Shown here piece after piece: positions 45,091-54,942 of a stretch of 64,000 nt of DNA. The first letter of the stretch is position 1; the number at the start of each line of letters is the position of its first letter. Both the position numbers and the translations under genes were made by a program. The stretch is from IMG/VR virus record IMGVR_UViG_3300027792_000010; one strand, 5' to 3'. The stretch is from a virus. The notes beneath the pieces are model-generated. The model was given only the letters and a program-made list of their open reading frames with translations. It searched no databases and was not told the DNA's origin.

Positions 45091-45124
45091 ATATAGAGAT
45101 AATAACTTTGAAAGATATATTATT

Positions 45125-45607
45125 ATGAGAGTAGAACCATTATTTATACGGTATGCCAATGGATCAGCTAGTACCGAGAGTATTATTAAGAGCTATTTAT
45201 CCATAGTTGAGGATGGTAATTCTAAGGAAATAGCAGAAGCCGCTCTTATCAGCATTCCTGACCTTACGATGTTTAGAAGAGACTTTAGGAATTGTATAGA
45301 TGATTTAATAGATAATGGAATTAATAATCAGTTCATAAATTATGTAGATAGCTATATGAAGCCATCGTTAGAGGAGTATATAGAAGGAAGTAATGCATCA
45401 AGAACGGGAGAAAAGAGAAGGGTAATAATAAAGGCAGAGGATACTCCTTGGATAGAGGCTATGGTATGTTACAATATGTCCTTATATATAAGGGTTTATG
45501 GGATTTCTGAGATAAAACATTGTCCTAATTGTGGTAACTTTTTTAGCCATAAGGGAAAATACGCTAAATATTGTAGTGATATTTGTAAGGGAAATGCAAG
45601 TAAATGA
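45125..45607 (+). CDS. Protein with C-terminal CGNR-like zinc finger
   Basis: CPNCGNFF...AKYCSDIC. Confidence 0.6.
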   Translation: MRVEPLFIRYANGSASTESIIKSYLSIVEDGNSKEIAEAALISIPDLTMFRRDFRNCIDDLIDNGINNQFINYVDSYMKPSLEEYIEGSNASRTGEKRRVIIKAEDTPWIEAMVCYNMSLYIRVYGISEIKHCPNCGNFFSHKGKYAKYCSDICKGNASK

Positions 45608-46125
45608 GTATAGCATTGTTAGCTTTTGGGTTACAAAAGGCATACTTACACCCCCAGGGAAGCAGGTATCTTGGAGCTAAAGCTGAGATATACAAGGTTA
45701 GGATACTTGATTACTTCCGAACTTTAAATCGTAATGATATTAAAGTATACTTAATAAGGGAGGTTCATCAAGTTGATGATAAATTTTACAGTAGAACAAA
45801 AACACATTCTATTGCTGGTACTAAAGATGTAGAAATACCAGAGGAGTATAAGCCTTATATTCATTTTATAGTAAATACAAGCAGATACAATGCTTTTTAC
45901 AAAACAGCTCTGGATTCAGAGCTATATAAGATTAAACCTGAAAAGGTGTTCCTATTAGGATTTGAGACCCATACTAATGTTCTTTTTACAGCGGAAGAGC
46001 TAAGAAATAGAGACTATGACGTTACCGTTATAGAGCCATTAGTTATGGCGGAAGATGAATACCTACACTCAATAGCACTTACTATGATGGTTGATTTTTT
46101 ATCTACAGACATTAAACAGGAGTAA
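45604..46125 (+). CDS. Isochorismatase/nicotinamidase-fold protein lacking the catalytic triad
   Basis: ALLAFGLQ, HS..GT, SRYNAFY.T.L, LLGFETHTNV, GYD-like RDYDVTVI. Confidence 0.7.
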   Translation: MSIALLAFGLQKAYLHPQGSRYLGAKAEIYKVRILDYFRTLNRNDIKVYLIREVHQVDDKFYSRTKTHSIAGTKDVEIPEEYKPYIHFIVNTSRYNAFYKTALDSELYKIKPEKVFLLGFETHTNVLFTAEELRNRDYDVTVIEPLVMAEDEYLHSIALTMMVDFLSTDIKQE

Positions 46126-46128
46126 ATT

Positions 46129-46449
46129 ATGGTCGATTTATACGAGATAAGGTTAAAGTGCCCCTACTGTAAGACAGAGACCGCCTTATTAGTTCACGAA
46201 AGTAACCCAGTTATGTTTGAATGCCCTGGGTGTGATAAAAATGTTGTGATACAGAATAATATTGTGTATACTATTACAAGGAAGTACTTCAATAAGATAG
46301 CTAAGAAGTATAAGACAGAGCATTGCGGGGAAATTGTTGGTTATAAAATCAATAGCAATGATGTTATCAGCCAAAAAGAGATAGACAACCTCCATAAGGA
46401 ACTATCTGGAATCTCCACAGTAGATGACTTTATTAAGAAGTTAGAATAG
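46129..46449 (+). CDS. Zinc-ribbon hypothetical protein
   Basis: CPYC and CPGC. Confidence 0.6.
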   Translation: MVDLYEIRLKCPYCKTETALLVHESNPVMFECPGCDKNVVIQNNIVYTITRKYFNKIAKKYKTEHCGEIVGYKINSNDVISQKEIDNLHKELSGISTVDDFIKKLE

Positions 46450-46489
46450 TTTACTTTAAAAAACCTTAACCATTAAGTACATTATTTAT

Positions 46490-46918
46490 ATGGAAAATAA
46501 AGACCTGGATGGAAAAATAGTTTATTTGACCCTTTTCTATGAAAAGTGGATACGAGAAGTTCACCCGGAATTCAACATACCTATGGTCAATCGTTTGGCT
46601 AAGGTTGTTAAGATATTAGATTGGGAAACTGATGAAGGCAAGCTCGTTCTAAGCGAGAGGAAGAGAAACGGCAAATGGGACAAACTAAAGCCAGAGGATT
46701 ACAGGTTTGTTCTTGATATCTACTACCCAGAATTGGCACTCACCAGAAAAACTATAGCTATATCGGAGATGGTACCGAGGTATTATCCAGATAGTAAGGA
46801 TGAATTATTTAAGATCCTACCAGATATTATGATAACTGGGTTACTAAAAAAAGAACAGAATATGTTTAGGGTAGTAAAAAAGAATGTATCTAAACAACCT
46901 AATACAAAGATCAAATAA
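46490..46918 (+). CDS. Hypothetical protein
   Basis: 142 aa. Confidence 0.55.
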   Translation: MENKDLDGKIVYLTLFYEKWIREVHPEFNIPMVNRLAKVVKILDWETDEGKLVLSERKRNGKWDKLKPEDYRFVLDIYYPELALTRKTIAISEMVPRYYPDSKDELFKILPDIMITGLLKKEQNMFRVVKKNVSKQPNTKIK

Positions 46919-47576
46919 GTATATATTTCAGTATCCTGAAGCAGTGACATACTTAGAAGGCAGAGGAATAACTCAGGAAGATATACTTAAATACTCTTTA
47001 GGATTTACGAAATATGTTAGTTTGTCGGATGATGGTTCAGAGGACTATCAATTTCTGGCTAAGAAAACAGCAGGTTTTCAGATGCTTCAGGGTAAACTTA
47101 TTATACCCTGTAAGAATTTATTAGGTCACGTTAATGGGCTTGTAGTTAGAGATATCTACAAGAAAGAATATAGGCAGTACTTTTTAGATGAGGCTAAGAA
47201 GCTAGGGACTTTTTTTGGGCTCTACGAAGCTTTTCCTGAGATACTTCGTACCGGAAAAGTTTTTATCCACGAGGCAGCACTGGATAGTATTTCTTTCGCT
47301 AAGGCGTTTCCTAATAGTGTCTCGGTATTGACTTCCTTCATAAACGAAGTTCAATACGAGACTTTATCTATGTTAGCTGATAAGATTATCATGGTCTTTG
47401 ATGAGGATAGTGCAGGTAGTAAGGGGAGAGATCAAGTCTATAACCTTTATGGGCGTAAACATTTATCTGACATCTCCATTGGGTACAATGATTCTAATGC
47501 TATTCTAAAACGCTTAGGGCAGGAATCTTTTAAGAAATATATATGGAACAGAGTTCCTATTTTACTAAGAGAATAA
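46884..47576 (+). CDS. DnaG-like primase catalytic (TOPRIM) domain without a zinc-binding domain
   Basis: YLEGRGI, KYSLGF, LIIP, FGL, IHEA..D, MVFDEDSAG. Confidence 0.7.
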   Translation: MYLNNLIQRSNKYIFQYPEAVTYLEGRGITQEDILKYSLGFTKYVSLSDDGSEDYQFLAKKTAGFQMLQGKLIIPCKNLLGHVNGLVVRDIYKKEYRQYFLDEAKKLGTFFGLYEAFPEILRTGKVFIHEAALDSISFAKAFPNSVSVLTSFINEVQYETLSMLADKIIMVFDEDSAGSKGRDQVYNLYGRKHLSDISIGYNDSNAILKRLGQESFKKYIWNRVPILLRE

Positions 47577-47601
47577 ATATTAAAACATTATTAGGAGCTA
47601 T

Positions 47602-48951
47602 ATGTTTTCAACAAAGTATCGACCATTGGATTTCAAAAGTGTCATAGGTTTGGAAGTACAGAAGGAAATACTTCAGAATATTCTAAGGAGGCAGGAGTAC
47701 GATCCTGCTTATCTTTTCTCAGGGGATTGGTCAACAGGAAAAACTACTCTTGCTAGAATATTTGCCAGAAGTATTTTTTGTGAAAATCGCAAGGAAGATA
47801 TGTCCCCCTGTAATGAGTGCTTCTCCTGCCGTGAGTTCCTCTCAGAACGCCACCCTGGATACATCGAGATAGATGCTGCAAACAATGGAACAAAGGATAA
47901 GATAAAAGAAATACGAGATAGTTTATCCTATGATTCTGTATCCAGAAGATTAGTAATTCTTTATGATGAGGCACACAATATAAGTAAAGAGGGGAAAGAC
48001 GCTTGGCTTAAGGAGCTTGAGAAGGAATATAAAAATGTACATCTGATATTCTGTACTACAGAAATAGATAAAATGCCTGACTCCCTAAAATCTCGTTGTA
48101 TGCATTTTACGATAAATCATCCCACTGAAGCACACATTAAAGATAAACTCAGATATATTAGTCTACAAAATAATTTAACTGTTGAGGACGATGCCCTTAG
48201 TACTATAGTACAAGGCGTAGGGTGCCATTATAGAGATGCTGAAAATAAGCTGCGTCAGATATCTTTTATAGGTGACATAACTATAGAGAATGCAAAGAAA
48301 GTCGTCAATATCTATAATGAAGAAGTCTCAAAGATGCTTATAGCACTATCCTTTAATATAAATGAGGCTATGGTTATAGCAGACTTCTTAGTACAAAGGA
48401 TGACCATAAAAGAGATATATAACAATATTATTAAGATACTTATTGATAGTCTTAGGTTAATTAATGGGATATCTAATGATAGTCAGACTTATAATGCTAT
48501 TCTAAGTAGTGTAGCTAAACAGTATGGGGAGTCCTTATACGAGGTTATAGATTTTATCCTATCTAAAAATAGATTAAATGATTTATCTTTATTTCAATCG
48601 GACCTTCTTCTGATACATTACAAGTACTTAAGATCTCATTTTGACCCTAAGAATACTACTGCTATCCCTGAACAGCCTACTACATCAAGTACTGAACCTA
48701 TAGAGAGAAAAAAAGTTAATAAGATGGATGAGCTTAAAACAGTAAGTTCCCCGTGGGAAAGAGCAGAGCTAATACGTAATATGAAAAAAGAAAAAAAGGA
48801 AGCTGGGGATACTCGTGTTCCAGAAGTGGTATCCTCAGAATGGGGGTCTCCTGTAGATAGTTTTGGAGTAGGCTCTATCTTGAAGAAGGAGATTACCCCA
48901 GAGCAGTTTGGGAAAAAAGTAAGGAGACTGTTGGATGAAAACAAAATATAA
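47602..48951 (+). CDS. dnaX: Clamp-loader ATPase, Pol III gamma/tau-like
   Basis: KYRP..F..VIG, TGKTTLARIFA, PCNECFSC, EIDAA, DEAH, SRC. Confidence 0.88.
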   Translation: MFSTKYRPLDFKSVIGLEVQKEILQNILRRQEYDPAYLFSGDWSTGKTTLARIFARSIFCENRKEDMSPCNECFSCREFLSERHPGYIEIDAANNGTKDKIKEIRDSLSYDSVSRRLVILYDEAHNISKEGKDAWLKELEKEYKNVHLIFCTTEIDKMPDSLKSRCMHFTINHPTEAHIKDKLRYISLQNNLTVEDDALSTIVQGVGCHYRDAENKLRQISFIGDITIENAKKVVNIYNEEVSKMLIALSFNINEAMVIADFLVQRMTIKEIYNNIIKILIDSLRLINGISNDSQTYNAILSSVAKQYGESLYEVIDFILSKNRLNDLSLFQSDLLLIHYKYLRSHFDPKNTTAIPEQPTTSSTEPIERKKVNKMDELKTVSSPWERAELIRNMKKEKKEAGDTRVPEVVSSEWGSPVDSFGVGSILKKEITPEQFGKKVRRLLDENKI

Positions 48952-49600
48952 AGATGAGGGTAAAGAACCTACCAAAAAGAGAGTTCAGGAACCATTACCT
49001 AGCATAGAAAATAAGCCTAATAAGGTAAGTAGGGTTAAAAAGATAAATACTTCTATACAGAATACAAATTTGACCTTTAAATATAAAGGGTGTGGTAGGT
49101 GGGCTATATTTGAAATAAAAGAAGATTGTGATATATCAGAAAATTATGAAGCTATTGAACAAGAGATAAAGAGCGCTTTTGGGGAAGATACAGAGTATTT
49201 TATTCCTGTATATAGGGAAAAATTTGATAGTAAAGCAGTAGGTATAACTCTTTTCGAGGGTTATATTTTCCTACGTTTTGAAAAAAATAAAGAATGTTTA
49301 TGCGACCTTGCTGACTATAATTATCTTGAAGGTCCTTTAATGAAAGGCGGAAAAATCAGTTATGTCAGTGATAAGGAAATAAACGATCTTCGGAGCAATC
49401 TTTTTAAAAAGCTACAAAAACGTTTTCCTCGTAAAGGACAAATAATAGTTCCTAAATTGGGAACTTTTAAGAACTTGGAAGGAAAAGTTGTAGGAGTAGA
49501 CCGAAAAAATAGAGTAGTTAGAGCAGTATTTAAGTTAAGTTCTAGAGAAGTTGTAGCTGATATTAATGTAATAAATTTAGATTTTGAGGAAAACTTATGA
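48935..49600 (+). CDS. NusG-family transcription factor
   Basis: NGN-like FIPV..LFEGYIFL and KOW-like GTFKNLEGKVVGVD. Confidence 0.7.
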   Translation: MKTKYKDEGKEPTKKRVQEPLPSIENKPNKVSRVKKINTSIQNTNLTFKYKGCGRWAIFEIKEDCDISENYEAIEQEIKSAFGEDTEYFIPVYREKFDSKAVGITLFEGYIFLRFEKNKECLCDLADYNYLEGPLMKGGKISYVSDKEINDLRSNLFKKLQKRFPRKGQIIVPKLGTFKNLEGKVVGVDRKNRVVRAVFKLSSREVVADINVINLDFEENL

Positions 49601-49610
49601 GAGGTAATGT

Positions 49611-50546
49611 ATGAATTATTTTCTTATTGATGGTCACAATTTAGCGTATAGAGCACATAATGCTAACTTTGAACTTAGAAAAGCTAATGGTGATCCGTCT
49701 GGGATGTTTTATGGATTCATACGTACCCTTATATCCTTAAAGAAGAAATATAGAGGGTATAAATTCATAGTCACATGGGATAACAGGTCAAACAGGAAGT
49801 TCGAGATCCAACCCGATTATAAAGCTGGGAGAGCATCTTTACCACCAATCGTGTATAAAGAAATGGACGATTTGAAAGAGTTTTTGAAATACTGCGGGGT
49901 AGAGCAATACGAAAAGAAAGGGGAAGAAGCTGACGATATACTCTCAACGCTCGCTGAGACGTTCAAAACTAAGGGAGAGACACATATCATAATATACTCT
50001 AACGATAAGGATATGCTACAGGTAGTTGAAGACGGTGTTATTACTGTATTTAAACCAAAAGTAGGTCAAACACCAGAAAAGTTTTTTGACGAAGAAGCTG
50101 TGAAAGAAGAATTTGGTGTTCTACCTAAAAGATTAGCTGAGTTTAGATCCTATGATGGGGATACCAGTGATAATATACCTGGGATACCTAGAGTTAGAAG
50201 AAAAATTATAGCTAATCTATTGAATAAAGTAGATTCTATACAGTTTTTGGCTAAACAGGCTTCTGAGAGTTCTGAACTATCAGATAAAGAGAGGGAGGCT
50301 ATACAGGCGTTCCATCCGATAGCTATGCGAAACTATAGCATCGTTAAGTTAAAAACAGATATATCTGACATACAGGTATCTGAAGCATCTTATTCTAAGG
50401 AAAAGTTAGAGACATTCTTCCAAGATTACGAAATAAAGTCTATGAAGCCAGATGAAATAATCGAACTTTTTCAGTCAAGTCTAAATATTCGGTACACCGA
50501 AGCGAGGTCTTCATATAAACTTGAGACATACTCTCTCTTCGACTAA
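49611..50546 (+). CDS. 5'-3' exonuclease (Pol I N-terminal/FEN family)
   Basis: LIDGHNLAYRA, YKAGR, EADD, NDKDMLQ, GDTSDNIPGIP. Confidence 0.9.
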   Translation: MNYFLIDGHNLAYRAHNANFELRKANGDPSGMFYGFIRTLISLKKKYRGYKFIVTWDNRSNRKFEIQPDYKAGRASLPPIVYKEMDDLKEFLKYCGVEQYEKKGEEADDILSTLAETFKTKGETHIIIYSNDKDMLQVVEDGVITVFKPKVGQTPEKFFDEEAVKEEFGVLPKRLAEFRSYDGDTSDNIPGIPRVRRKIIANLLNKVDSIQFLAKQASESSELSDKEREAIQAFHPIAMRNYSIVKLKTDISDIQVSEASYSKEKLETFFQDYEIKSMKPDEIIELFQSSLNIRYTEARSSYKLETYSLFD

Positions 50547-50568
50547 CAGCGGTGCAGGAGGTTTTTAG

Positions 50569-51192
50569 ATGAATCATTTGGTAAAAAATATGGACCCGTT
50601 TGAGATACAAAGTCGTTTCTCTACAGAGGACTTCTCTTTTTATTCATTAAAAGAAAGTTCTTTTTGTTTAGATGACTTTGAACCATTTATCCAAAAGCTT
50701 CCAAAACGTGAGATTGACCTGATCGATATGTATTATAAAAGACAGAAGAAACAGAAAGAGATCGCAGAGTTTTTTAACGTTACCCAGGGAGCGATTTCTC
50801 ATCGTTTGTCTCGCGCTAGAAAAAGATTAGCTTTTCTAAGAGATATGCCTAAAGTGTCCGGGGACCTACGTGATAACTTATCTCAGCATTTCACGGATTT
50901 TGAATGTGATATTATAGTTATTATGATAGAGACCACATGTCAGTCCAGAACTGCAGAACTACTTAATGACAAGTATGAGCTTAAATATAGGGAAAAGATG
51001 ACCCAAGTTAAAGTTAGGCATAAATTTGACCGCTCTATAGATAAGATGAAGAAGTTGAAGAGAAAGTACCCTGAATTGAAGGTAATGTACGAACTTTCTA
51101 GATATATAAAAAAGAACCTATACATGCTTCATGAAGTTGTACTACCTCATTTTGATAAGGGTTATAAGGTAGAGTATGATGGAGTGTATTGA
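50569..51192 (+). CDS. Sigma70 region-4-like HTH transcription regulator
   Basis: LPKRE..LI.MYY..KKQKEIAEFFNVTQGAISHRL.RARK.L. Confidence 0.7.
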   Translation: MNHLVKNMDPFEIQSRFSTEDFSFYSLKESSFCLDDFEPFIQKLPKREIDLIDMYYKRQKKQKEIAEFFNVTQGAISHRLSRARKRLAFLRDMPKVSGDLRDNLSQHFTDFECDIIVIMIETTCQSRTAELLNDKYELKYREKMTQVKVRHKFDRSIDKMKKLKRKYPELKVMYELSRYIKKNLYMLHEVVLPHFDKGYKVEYDGVY

Positions 51193-51230
51193 TTTAACCT
51201 TTAAGTTATAACCTAAGAAAAGTTTAGAAC

Positions 51231-51245
51231 TAATAATCTTTTAAT
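51231..51245 (+). promoter_or_regulatory. Putative late-promoter motif TAATAATCTTTTAAT
   Basis: Recurs with 0-3 mismatches ahead of five other genes or gene runs. Confidence 0.45.
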
Positions 51246-51264
51246 ATAAGTCCTCCATTAGAAT

Positions 51265-51759
51265 TTGAATAAGCCCAGTAAAATTTGGAGCTTAAAGATT
51301 CTGATGGAGGATTTTTTTATGCCTATAAGTTGTATTCAGCTAAGACTTAGGAAGATAGCAAATAAGCTATTAAAGGCTGAGTATGACTATGTTAATATCC
51401 CTATATATCAGCAGTTTATAGACCAATCCGATGTGGAAAACAAGGATACCACACGCGGAGGTCCTCCTTCTATGACCGATGAGCCTATACAGGAGAACGA
51501 AGAAGGAAGGATCAAGAGGAAGCAGGATATTAGAAGACAAGGACCTCGCCCAGGGGTAAGGGACCCTTTATTACTAAATCGAGAAGATATGGGAGACTTA
51601 AATAATCCCGATTCTGTATCTCCATTGGAGAATTTGCAGGGAGAGAAAACAAGGCAACCTGATAGAAGTCCTTTCAAAAATTATTATGAAGAAGATTTGC
51701 AGAAGGACACAATAGGTTTTAACCCAGATGAGGACCATGTTACAAAGGATAACTTATGA
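51265..51759 (+). CDS. Hypothetical protein (first gene of the morphogenesis block)
   Basis: 164 aa with a low-complexity C-terminus; the real start may be internal (MPIS). Confidence 0.5.
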   Translation: MNKPSKIWSLKILMEDFFMPISCIQLRLRKIANKLLKAEYDYVNIPIYQQFIDQSDVENKDTTRGGPPSMTDEPIQENEEGRIKRKQDIRRQGPRPGVRDPLLLNREDMGDLNNPDSVSPLENLQGEKTRQPDRSPFKNYYEEDLQKDTIGFNPDEDHVTKDNL

Positions 51760-52097
51760 GAGGGTCATTTGAAGAAATAGTAAAAAAGGTAAATGAAAAA
51801 TTTTCTGCTGTTCAACAGTACGATAAGACAATCAGTGATAAGCTCTACGCTGATTTGAAAGAAAATATTAAATCAGCCTCTGTAGCTGAAAAGGCTATAG
51901 AAGAAGGAATTGATTCTTTCTTTGATCCTAATAGGATAAAAGTAGCTAGCTTAGCTGACCTTTTTGCTTTTGACAGAATTGGAAATAATACTCTTGTGCA
52001 TAAGGCCCAGAAGGATTTGTGGTCTATTGAGTCTGATGAAGGGGGAGTACATATCTCCCGTTTGTTTGATAATAGCGGTGAACCTTTGAAGGTATAA
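51756..52097 (+). CDS. Hypothetical protein (head-assembly region)
   Basis: 113 aa; RIKVASL and HKAQKDLW motifs. Confidence 0.55.
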   Translation: MRGSFEEIVKKVNEKFSAVQQYDKTISDKLYADLKENIKSASVAEKAIEEGIDSFFDPNRIKVASLADLFAFDRIGNNTLVHKAQKDLWSIESDEGGVHISRLFDNSGEPLKV

Positions 52098-52098
52098 G

Positions 52099-52341
52099 AT
52101 GGCAGAGCACGGAGAGTTTCTAAAATCCCTTTTTACTGATAGAAGTAGTGCTGTTAAAGAGTTCCTTAACGAACCACCTACACCTTTGGATGATGGCGGA
52201 AAGGAAGAGGATCAGAAGATTATGGATAGCATAACAGTAAATTCTATAATGAAAAGTTATGCTATGAAAGAGGCCCCTAAGGGAGAAGCTTACTGGTACT
52301 ATAAAAATAAGGGATATCTTAAAAAATTAGGATTAGAATAA
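52099..52341 (+). CDS. Hypothetical protein
   Basis: 80 aa. Confidence 0.5.
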   Translation: MAEHGEFLKSLFTDRSSAVKEFLNEPPTPLDDGGKEEDQKIMDSITVNSIMKSYAMKEAPKGEAYWYYKNKGYLKKLGLE

Positions 52342-52356
52342 TATCGGAGGTTAGCT

Positions 52357-52980
52357 ATGGGAGATAGAGTTCGTTTGACACAAAAAGTAGCTGCAGCAGC
52401 TAAAAAAGAAAAAGATAAAAATATGAGTGATAATGGTCGTATAACAGATGGATTTGAATATGACAAATCAAAAGCTAAGGTGCTGCAAAAAGTACTTCAT
52501 AATTTAAACGTATCCCTTGGAACATTGATAGGAGCTATGAAAGAGTTGGCTATGTTAAGAGGTTCTGATATTACACCTGATGGAAAGTTAGGTGGTAGGG
52601 GATTTGTGATGGAATTTAGGGAAATCAAAGCACTTATGAGTGATTCTATTAAGAATCTCTCAGATATTACTGACTCAATTGGGGATGAGCTTACTAATCC
52701 AAAATGGGACCTCAAAGATAAAGAAATTAAAGAGATAAAAAAAGAGAAAGAGGAAGTAAAGGAAGAGGTAGAAGAAGCCATTGAACCTACTACTGATACA
52801 GATAAAGAAGAAACTACTGAAGAACCTGAAGGAAAAGAAGCAGATATAGATCCAAAAGATGTAAAAGATTCAAATTACGTTCAATCAATGAAAAGATACC
52901 AGAGGATACTTGAGGCAGGAAAAATAGATGATGTCGCCAGTGTCCTTCGCAAAAGAATTCAAGCCAACCTTTTAAGATAG
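52357..52980 (+). CDS. Hypothetical protein with an acidic segment (head-assembly region)
   Basis: 207 aa with GGAGG SD. Confidence 0.55.
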   Translation: MGDRVRLTQKVAAAAKKEKDKNMSDNGRITDGFEYDKSKAKVLQKVLHNLNVSLGTLIGAMKELAMLRGSDITPDGKLGGRGFVMEFREIKALMSDSIKNLSDITDSIGDELTNPKWDLKDKEIKEIKKEKEEVKEEVEEAIEPTTDTDKEETTEEPEGKEADIDPKDVKDSNYVQSMKRYQRILEAGKIDDVASVLRKRIQANLLR

Positions 52981-52990
52981 GAGAGATAAC

Positions 52991-54910
52991 ATGAGTCTCG
53001 GAGATATTTCAAACTTCATGTCAGAAGAAAAAGAGGCAGCTAAGCTTCCTGATTTGGATTGGTTAGCTCTTGACATAAAAGATAAGGATAACTATCCTAC
53101 GCAAAATAATGTCGAGAGTATTCCGCAACTTGTACAGCAGTGGTCTCATAATGATGTGCATACTGCTGAACTTATTCCTAATCAGATATCGGTAGCCCCG
53201 ATAACTGAGAAGAAAGCCTCTTCTGGAGAAATTCAGAGTGTTGTAGACACTGCTAAGAAGGAAATGATGAAGGGTCTTGTAGGTAAAGGTTTAGTTGAAA
53301 GACTATCTAGCCTCTATCAGAAGGACCTTTTAGTAGCAGCTAAGGATGAATTGTCCAAGGTAGCTCAAGAGCAGGGACTCCTAGGTAACGTCTACATCGA
53401 TTTAACACCTTTTGAATCTTGTGCTGAGGCTTCTAAGGCTCTTGGTCATAATAGGATTAGAATGGCTAAGTATGTTGTAGGTCAGCCTAAGAGACACGTC
53501 TGTGCCTCTCATAATGCAGGGACATGTAAAGAGCTGCGTAAAAAAGTAGTAGCTTCTATGGAGTACAATCAGGATTTGATGGCTGAGTATACTACTCATC
53601 TTAGAATCGCTGGGATTATATCTCAAGAGACAAAGCTTGCATCTAAAGAAGACCTTAGAATGGCTATTATTGCCAGTAAGAAAAGCAAGACTAAAGAAGT
53701 AGAAGAGAAAGAACCCAACGACCAACCTACCCTTCTTGACGAAACAATCAAGGAAGCTTTTGAGAAAGAGCTAAGTAGGTCGATTACAGATATTAAATCC
53801 AGTCAGCAACCTTCTGGTTTTGAGAGGATTCGCCCGGTTCTTGCATTCATCCAGGATGAAATGCTTAAGGGGAGGATGGGCGATGCTCTTAAGGATAGTA
53901 TAAAGAAAAAAGTAGCAACAGAACTTATTAATGAGTATCAGGAACAGATTAAGAAAATAGCATCACTTCAGGGTTTACTTGGTAATGTTTATGTTGATGT
54001 TTCTTTCTATAAGTCTCCTGAAGAAGCTGTACATGCCATTAAGAATGCTACAACAAATCCTACATATATCATGCAGTCTCGTGGTAAGGGAGAGTTTGAT
54101 AATACGTTAGAAAAAGTAGCAAAGGCTACTGGTTGCCAAATTCTTCCTAGAGATGGAAAGATTAGCAAAAAGATAGCTCTTAGTTACATAGATGACCTAA
54201 ACTTTTCAGGAAGAATATCATCAGATATTGCTGGTGGTTTAAGAGGAAAAGTTGAAGGTAGCGCTAATACCCTAGGAGTAATTAAGGAAGCTTTTATCCA
54301 GACATTAAGTTATGTCAAACCTCAGAAAGAGGGTGGAGTAAAAGCTTACTTTTCATCACTCAACACTACAAAATATGGTACCAAGGACAAGCTTAAGACA
54401 GCAGCTTACAAAGCATTAGAAGCAGGGTACTGCTTTGATAAGGTAAGGGATAAGCTCACAGAAAAAATGAGTACCATTGAGGCTGAGGGGATGATTAGGG
54501 ACGTTCTTGCATCTCTGAAAGAAGTAAGCGCAGACGCTCTTCCAGAATGTAAGAATGAGAAATATAAGTTAGCAAAAGATGCTACTATAAAGAAAGCTGA
54601 AAAGTGTAACGGATGTGTATATGCAGCAGATCATACATGTACTAAACAAGGTGTGAAATTTTCTGGAGCACCAGAGATAGATAAACTTTCTGTGCAAATA
54701 GACCCAAATACACATAAGGTTTTACTTACAGATAATCCTGATACTACTCGTATAGATATGAATCAGGAATATGATATGACTGATTCTTTTGGATCAGGGA
54801 TGAATATCTCCTTAGAAAAGATGGGAAAAGAAGCTAAAAATGAATCAAGTATAGAGATGGATATTAGCTTCAATAGCGATGGATTAGACGATAATCTTGG
54901 AAAAGTCTAA
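52991..54910 (+). CDS. Large hypothetical protein with internal domain duplication (possible head/scaffold component)
   Basis: QGLLGNVY(I/V)D occurs twice; Cys-rich segments. Confidence 0.55.
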   Translation: MSLGDISNFMSEEKEAAKLPDLDWLALDIKDKDNYPTQNNVESIPQLVQQWSHNDVHTAELIPNQISVAPITEKKASSGEIQSVVDTAKKEMMKGLVGKGLVERLSSLYQKDLLVAAKDELSKVAQEQGLLGNVYIDLTPFESCAEASKALGHNRIRMAKYVVGQPKRHVCASHNAGTCKELRKKVVASMEYNQDLMAEYTTHLRIAGIISQETKLASKEDLRMAIIASKKSKTKEVEEKEPNDQPTLLDETIKEAFEKELSRSITDIKSSQQPSGFERIRPVLAFIQDEMLKGRMGDALKDSIKKKVATELINEYQEQIKKIASLQGLLGNVYVDVSFYKSPEEAVHAIKNATTNPTYIMQSRGKGEFDNTLEKVAKATGCQILPRDGKISKKIALSYIDDLNFSGRISSDIAGGLRGKVEGSANTLGVIKEAFIQTLSYVKPQKEGGVKAYFSSLNTTKYGTKDKLKTAAYKALEAGYCFDKVRDKLTEKMSTIEAEGMIRDVLASLKEVSADALPECKNEKYKLAKDATIKKAEKCNGCVYAADHTCTKQGVKFSGAPEIDKLSVQIDPNTHKVLLTDNPDTTRIDMNQEYDMTDSFGSGMNISLEKMGKEAKNESSIEMDISFNSDGLDDNLGKV

Positions 54911-54942
54911 TAATATAAATTATATATAATATAGGAGATGCT

